Source: the human T2T-CHM13v2.0 reference genome, Homo sapiens
Strand: one strand, 5' to 3'
Length of the DNA stretch: 64,000 nt
NCBI RefSeq assembly: GCF_009914755.1
Contig: NC_060925.1
The translations under genes and the position numbers were made by a program. This document shows, one piece after another, positions 60,744-64,000 of the stretch. Every line of letters starts with the position of its first letter. Position 1 is the stretch's first letter. The notes beneath the pieces are model-generated. The model ran no database searches. It saw only the letters and a program-made list of their open reading frames with translations, and was not told the origin of the DNA.

Positions 60744-61495
60744 GTGGGTTACATTTGGGGCAGCGGGACAATCAGAACCATTGGCCGATGACCTCAGGCT
60801 TGGAGGAATGACCTGGCCATGCATTTTGGCCTGACTACAAGTACTGATTTTCTTATTTGGCATTGGGTCAGGTATCTGTTCTCTGAATGCTACAGTGATA
60901 TCAACACAGATCTATTCTCCTGGGGATCTGAGGAGCCACCTAAACACTGCCCTTTTGAGGTCTGTGGCTCTGTTTAATTTCAGACTCACCTGTGTCAGGA
61001 AAGTATCAGTTTGGCTTGAATCCTTGTTTTTCGGGGGAATAATAGGAACACTTAGCATGCCTTTCATCCTCCAAGTATTCCCACGCATTCATTAAAATTT
61101 GCAAGCCCTAAGAGGGTAAGAAGCATTGTTCTCCTTGAAACTGAAGGAGAGAGGTTAAGTGACCTGCCTAGATGCAAAGGGGAAGTCTGGGTCAGAAGTA
61201 GGATCAGGATTGGGGGATACAAATAAAATGCACTTGGTGGTTGTAGTAATTAAAGCAATCTCCAGACTCACTTTGCTTATGGAGATGGGAAGGGTGGAAA
61301 GGGGAGGGGAGGATACTGTACCCATATGCCTCATAGCCACTTGAGAACGCTCAAAAGATTCTCTAAAGGGTTAAGATAATTTGATTGAAATATGAATCAG
61401 GGTGAAAATTGTAGCAGCGCATCCTTTCAGTATATAATTTCCCAGCCTCTCAAAGCAATGTTTAGTTTTGAACATTGGAACACCATCTATGACTG

Positions 61496-61710
61496 CATGG
61501 TCCTGTAGAACTTTCTGTGATGATGGAGATGTTCTATTTTGCACTATCTAGTAGTAGCCACTAGCCACATGTGGCTGCTGAGCCCTGGAGAGCACATTAG
61601 TGAGAAGTAAGGCAAGTATGGCTGAGGAATTGAATTTTTATTTAATTTTAATGAATTTAGCTTTAAATAGCCACATATGGCTACTGGCACCGTATTGGAC
61701 AGTATGCACA
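61496..61710. mobile_element. MER3-like hAT-Charlie MITE
   Basis: tagaactttctgtgatgatggag...agccactagccacatgtggct...gtattggacag. Confidence 0.78.
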
Positions 61711-63139
61711 TAGTGTCATAGTTCCTTCCTAGAGCAAGGAAAAACTGATGTGATATCATTTACATATTTATCCTGAGTCCCATGGAGAATCAAAGATATG
61801 TTTAAATGTCTGAGGATTTATTAATAAAAGAATCTTCCAAGTATAGTTTCCTCTTTGGATTTTTAATCATAGGTTTGTATTCATTCTCCCTTGACATGTG
61901 AACTGTCTTCTTAAAGTTGACATTAAGATTTTTAAAAGAAAGAAACTTGATTTGATCTTGCAGCACAGGATAGTTATCTTAACTTGTTCTCACTTTCGTT
62001 TGCTCCACCCTTTGAATAGGCAAAGGCTGCTTTATGCTGAGTTTGGCTTTCTGCTGGAGTGTTTTGCCCTTGATGTATTTTGCAAAGCAAGCTACCACAG
62101 GTTGACTGGAAGCTGTAGTTGGGACAAATTGGGATGGGAGGAGCTTGTTCCTTTTATAGCAGCTAGCACTAAGAACCACAGAATTCTTGCAGAGGCCAGT
62201 TGAGCAAACCGATCAGACATATGCAGTGATTACCCATATAAGCTGTTATGCTAGGAGCATTCACTAAAGCTCATGGCATATGTTTTGAGGGCTAAGACTG
62301 TGATTTAAGTTTTGTTGATCCACCTAGGGAAGGGATAGAGGGAGTGGGCTAAGATAGGACTTTATCATTCTTGAGGGTCATGAACTTTTGCCGTATATTC
62401 CCACAAGGGAATTTGTGGAATCTCCTGCTTGAATATTTTGAAGAATAGGATAGATAACCAACTCCCTATCAGGAAAGTTTAAAGCATAGTCCAAACTGAA
62501 AAGCCAGGGACAGGCTTGCCAGGTAGCCTCACATGGATCTCCAAAAAGAACGATTTTGTGCCTGTTGATCTTATCAACTTATTGATTTATCAGGGGTTTC
62601 CCAGGGCAATATAAGATGTGAAGGGGGAAAGAAGCCCACCTTTTTCCAAAGATTGAGTGTCTGTATTGTTCAGAGTACCCTAGACTCTTTTTATAATATT
62701 AAATTAGATACATCTTTTGTAGTTAGACTTTTTATTAGATATCACCTAACTATGATAATGTTGATTTCTGACAATGAAAGCTTCTCTGCATGTCACAGAA
62801 AGAAGTGATAGGGTATAGTTCCATATCCCAATATTACATAGCATTTCTTAGATACAGAGTTTTAGAGAGATTTTTGTGTGTGACTTTTCTCAGTCTTTCA
62901 GGTATTTTCAAGGCTTGTGTTAAAGGAACATCAGCATTTTCAAGCCAGTTTAAGTGAATTACGGCATTTACAGATTGGAATATTTATAATTGGGATTGTG
63001 TTGAGAAATCTATGACAGCCGGTTGTCAAATGCTAAGGTGGAGTTTTCTATTTTAATGGTTCTCTTGATACTTGATGACTGCTGAATGGAGTGCAGTCCT
63101 TGTATATGTCGCATCACAATACAAGCAAGCCTGATGAGG

Positions 63140-63345
63140 GTGCTGCTCCGGAGGCTGACTGCCTGGACTTGAATCCCAGTTATGGCACATACTAGCTGCG
63201 TGACATAGAGTCAGTTACTTAGCTTTCCATGCCTTCGTTTCCTCATCTATAAAATGGAAATAATTAAAATATCTAACTTAGAAGGTTGTTATGGGGATTC
63301 AGTGTAAAGCCTTTGGGGGAGGACCTAGCATGTATTAAGAGACCA
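63140..63345 (+). mobile_element. MIR remnant
   Basis: actagctgcgtgac...gtttcctcatctataaaatgg. Confidence 0.78.
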
Positions 63346-63475
63346 GTAATTATTATTATTGTTGTTGTTGTTGTTATTTTTATTATTTCTATGATAAATA
63401 TTTTTATCAATGGGTGACCAGAGCTCAGCCCAGTACGTTGAATGTCATTGCTGTATTTATTGTCTGAATGAATGA

Positions 63476-63836
<361 letters not shown>

Positions 63837-64000
63837 TGAATTTTTTATTTTTAAAAATTGTTATCAGAGTTTTTAAGATATTTCAGTGCTTTTCTATATT
63901 TGGAACCGGCTGTCTTGAGATTTCCTTTGGACTGTTTTCTTATTTTTTCCTAATACATAGTAGGCGCTGAAAACAGTAATTTTATAGATGAATAAATTCT

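Overview
Human genomic DNA (a human-specific AluYa5 is present) lying wholly inside one large + strand gene, VPS13D (bridge-like lipid transfer protein). I reconstructed 26 consecutive GT-AG exons (1334-60743, 4108 nt, about 1369 codons) whose phases chain without a frameshift. They encode part of the lipid-channel rod, the VPS13D-specific UBA domain (ELQLARLQELGFSMDDCRKALLACQGQLKKAASWL) and the first four VAB repeats. From memory these are roughly exons 25-50; I did not verify that numbering. The introns hold about 41 Alu pieces, old L1/MIR remnants, MER21 and MER57 LTRs, and several DNA-transposon relics. The most notable signal is a 7.8 kb Alu-free block (37506-45281) around the 75-nt cassette exon. 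It contains a candidate 27-nt in-frame microexon (42575-42601, VLTFQNFKR) with SRRM3/4-type UGC motifs and a strong donor, plus weaker microexon and poison-exon candidates, all at the entry to the adaptor-binding VAB domain. Repeat boundaries and subfamily names were read by eye and are approximate.
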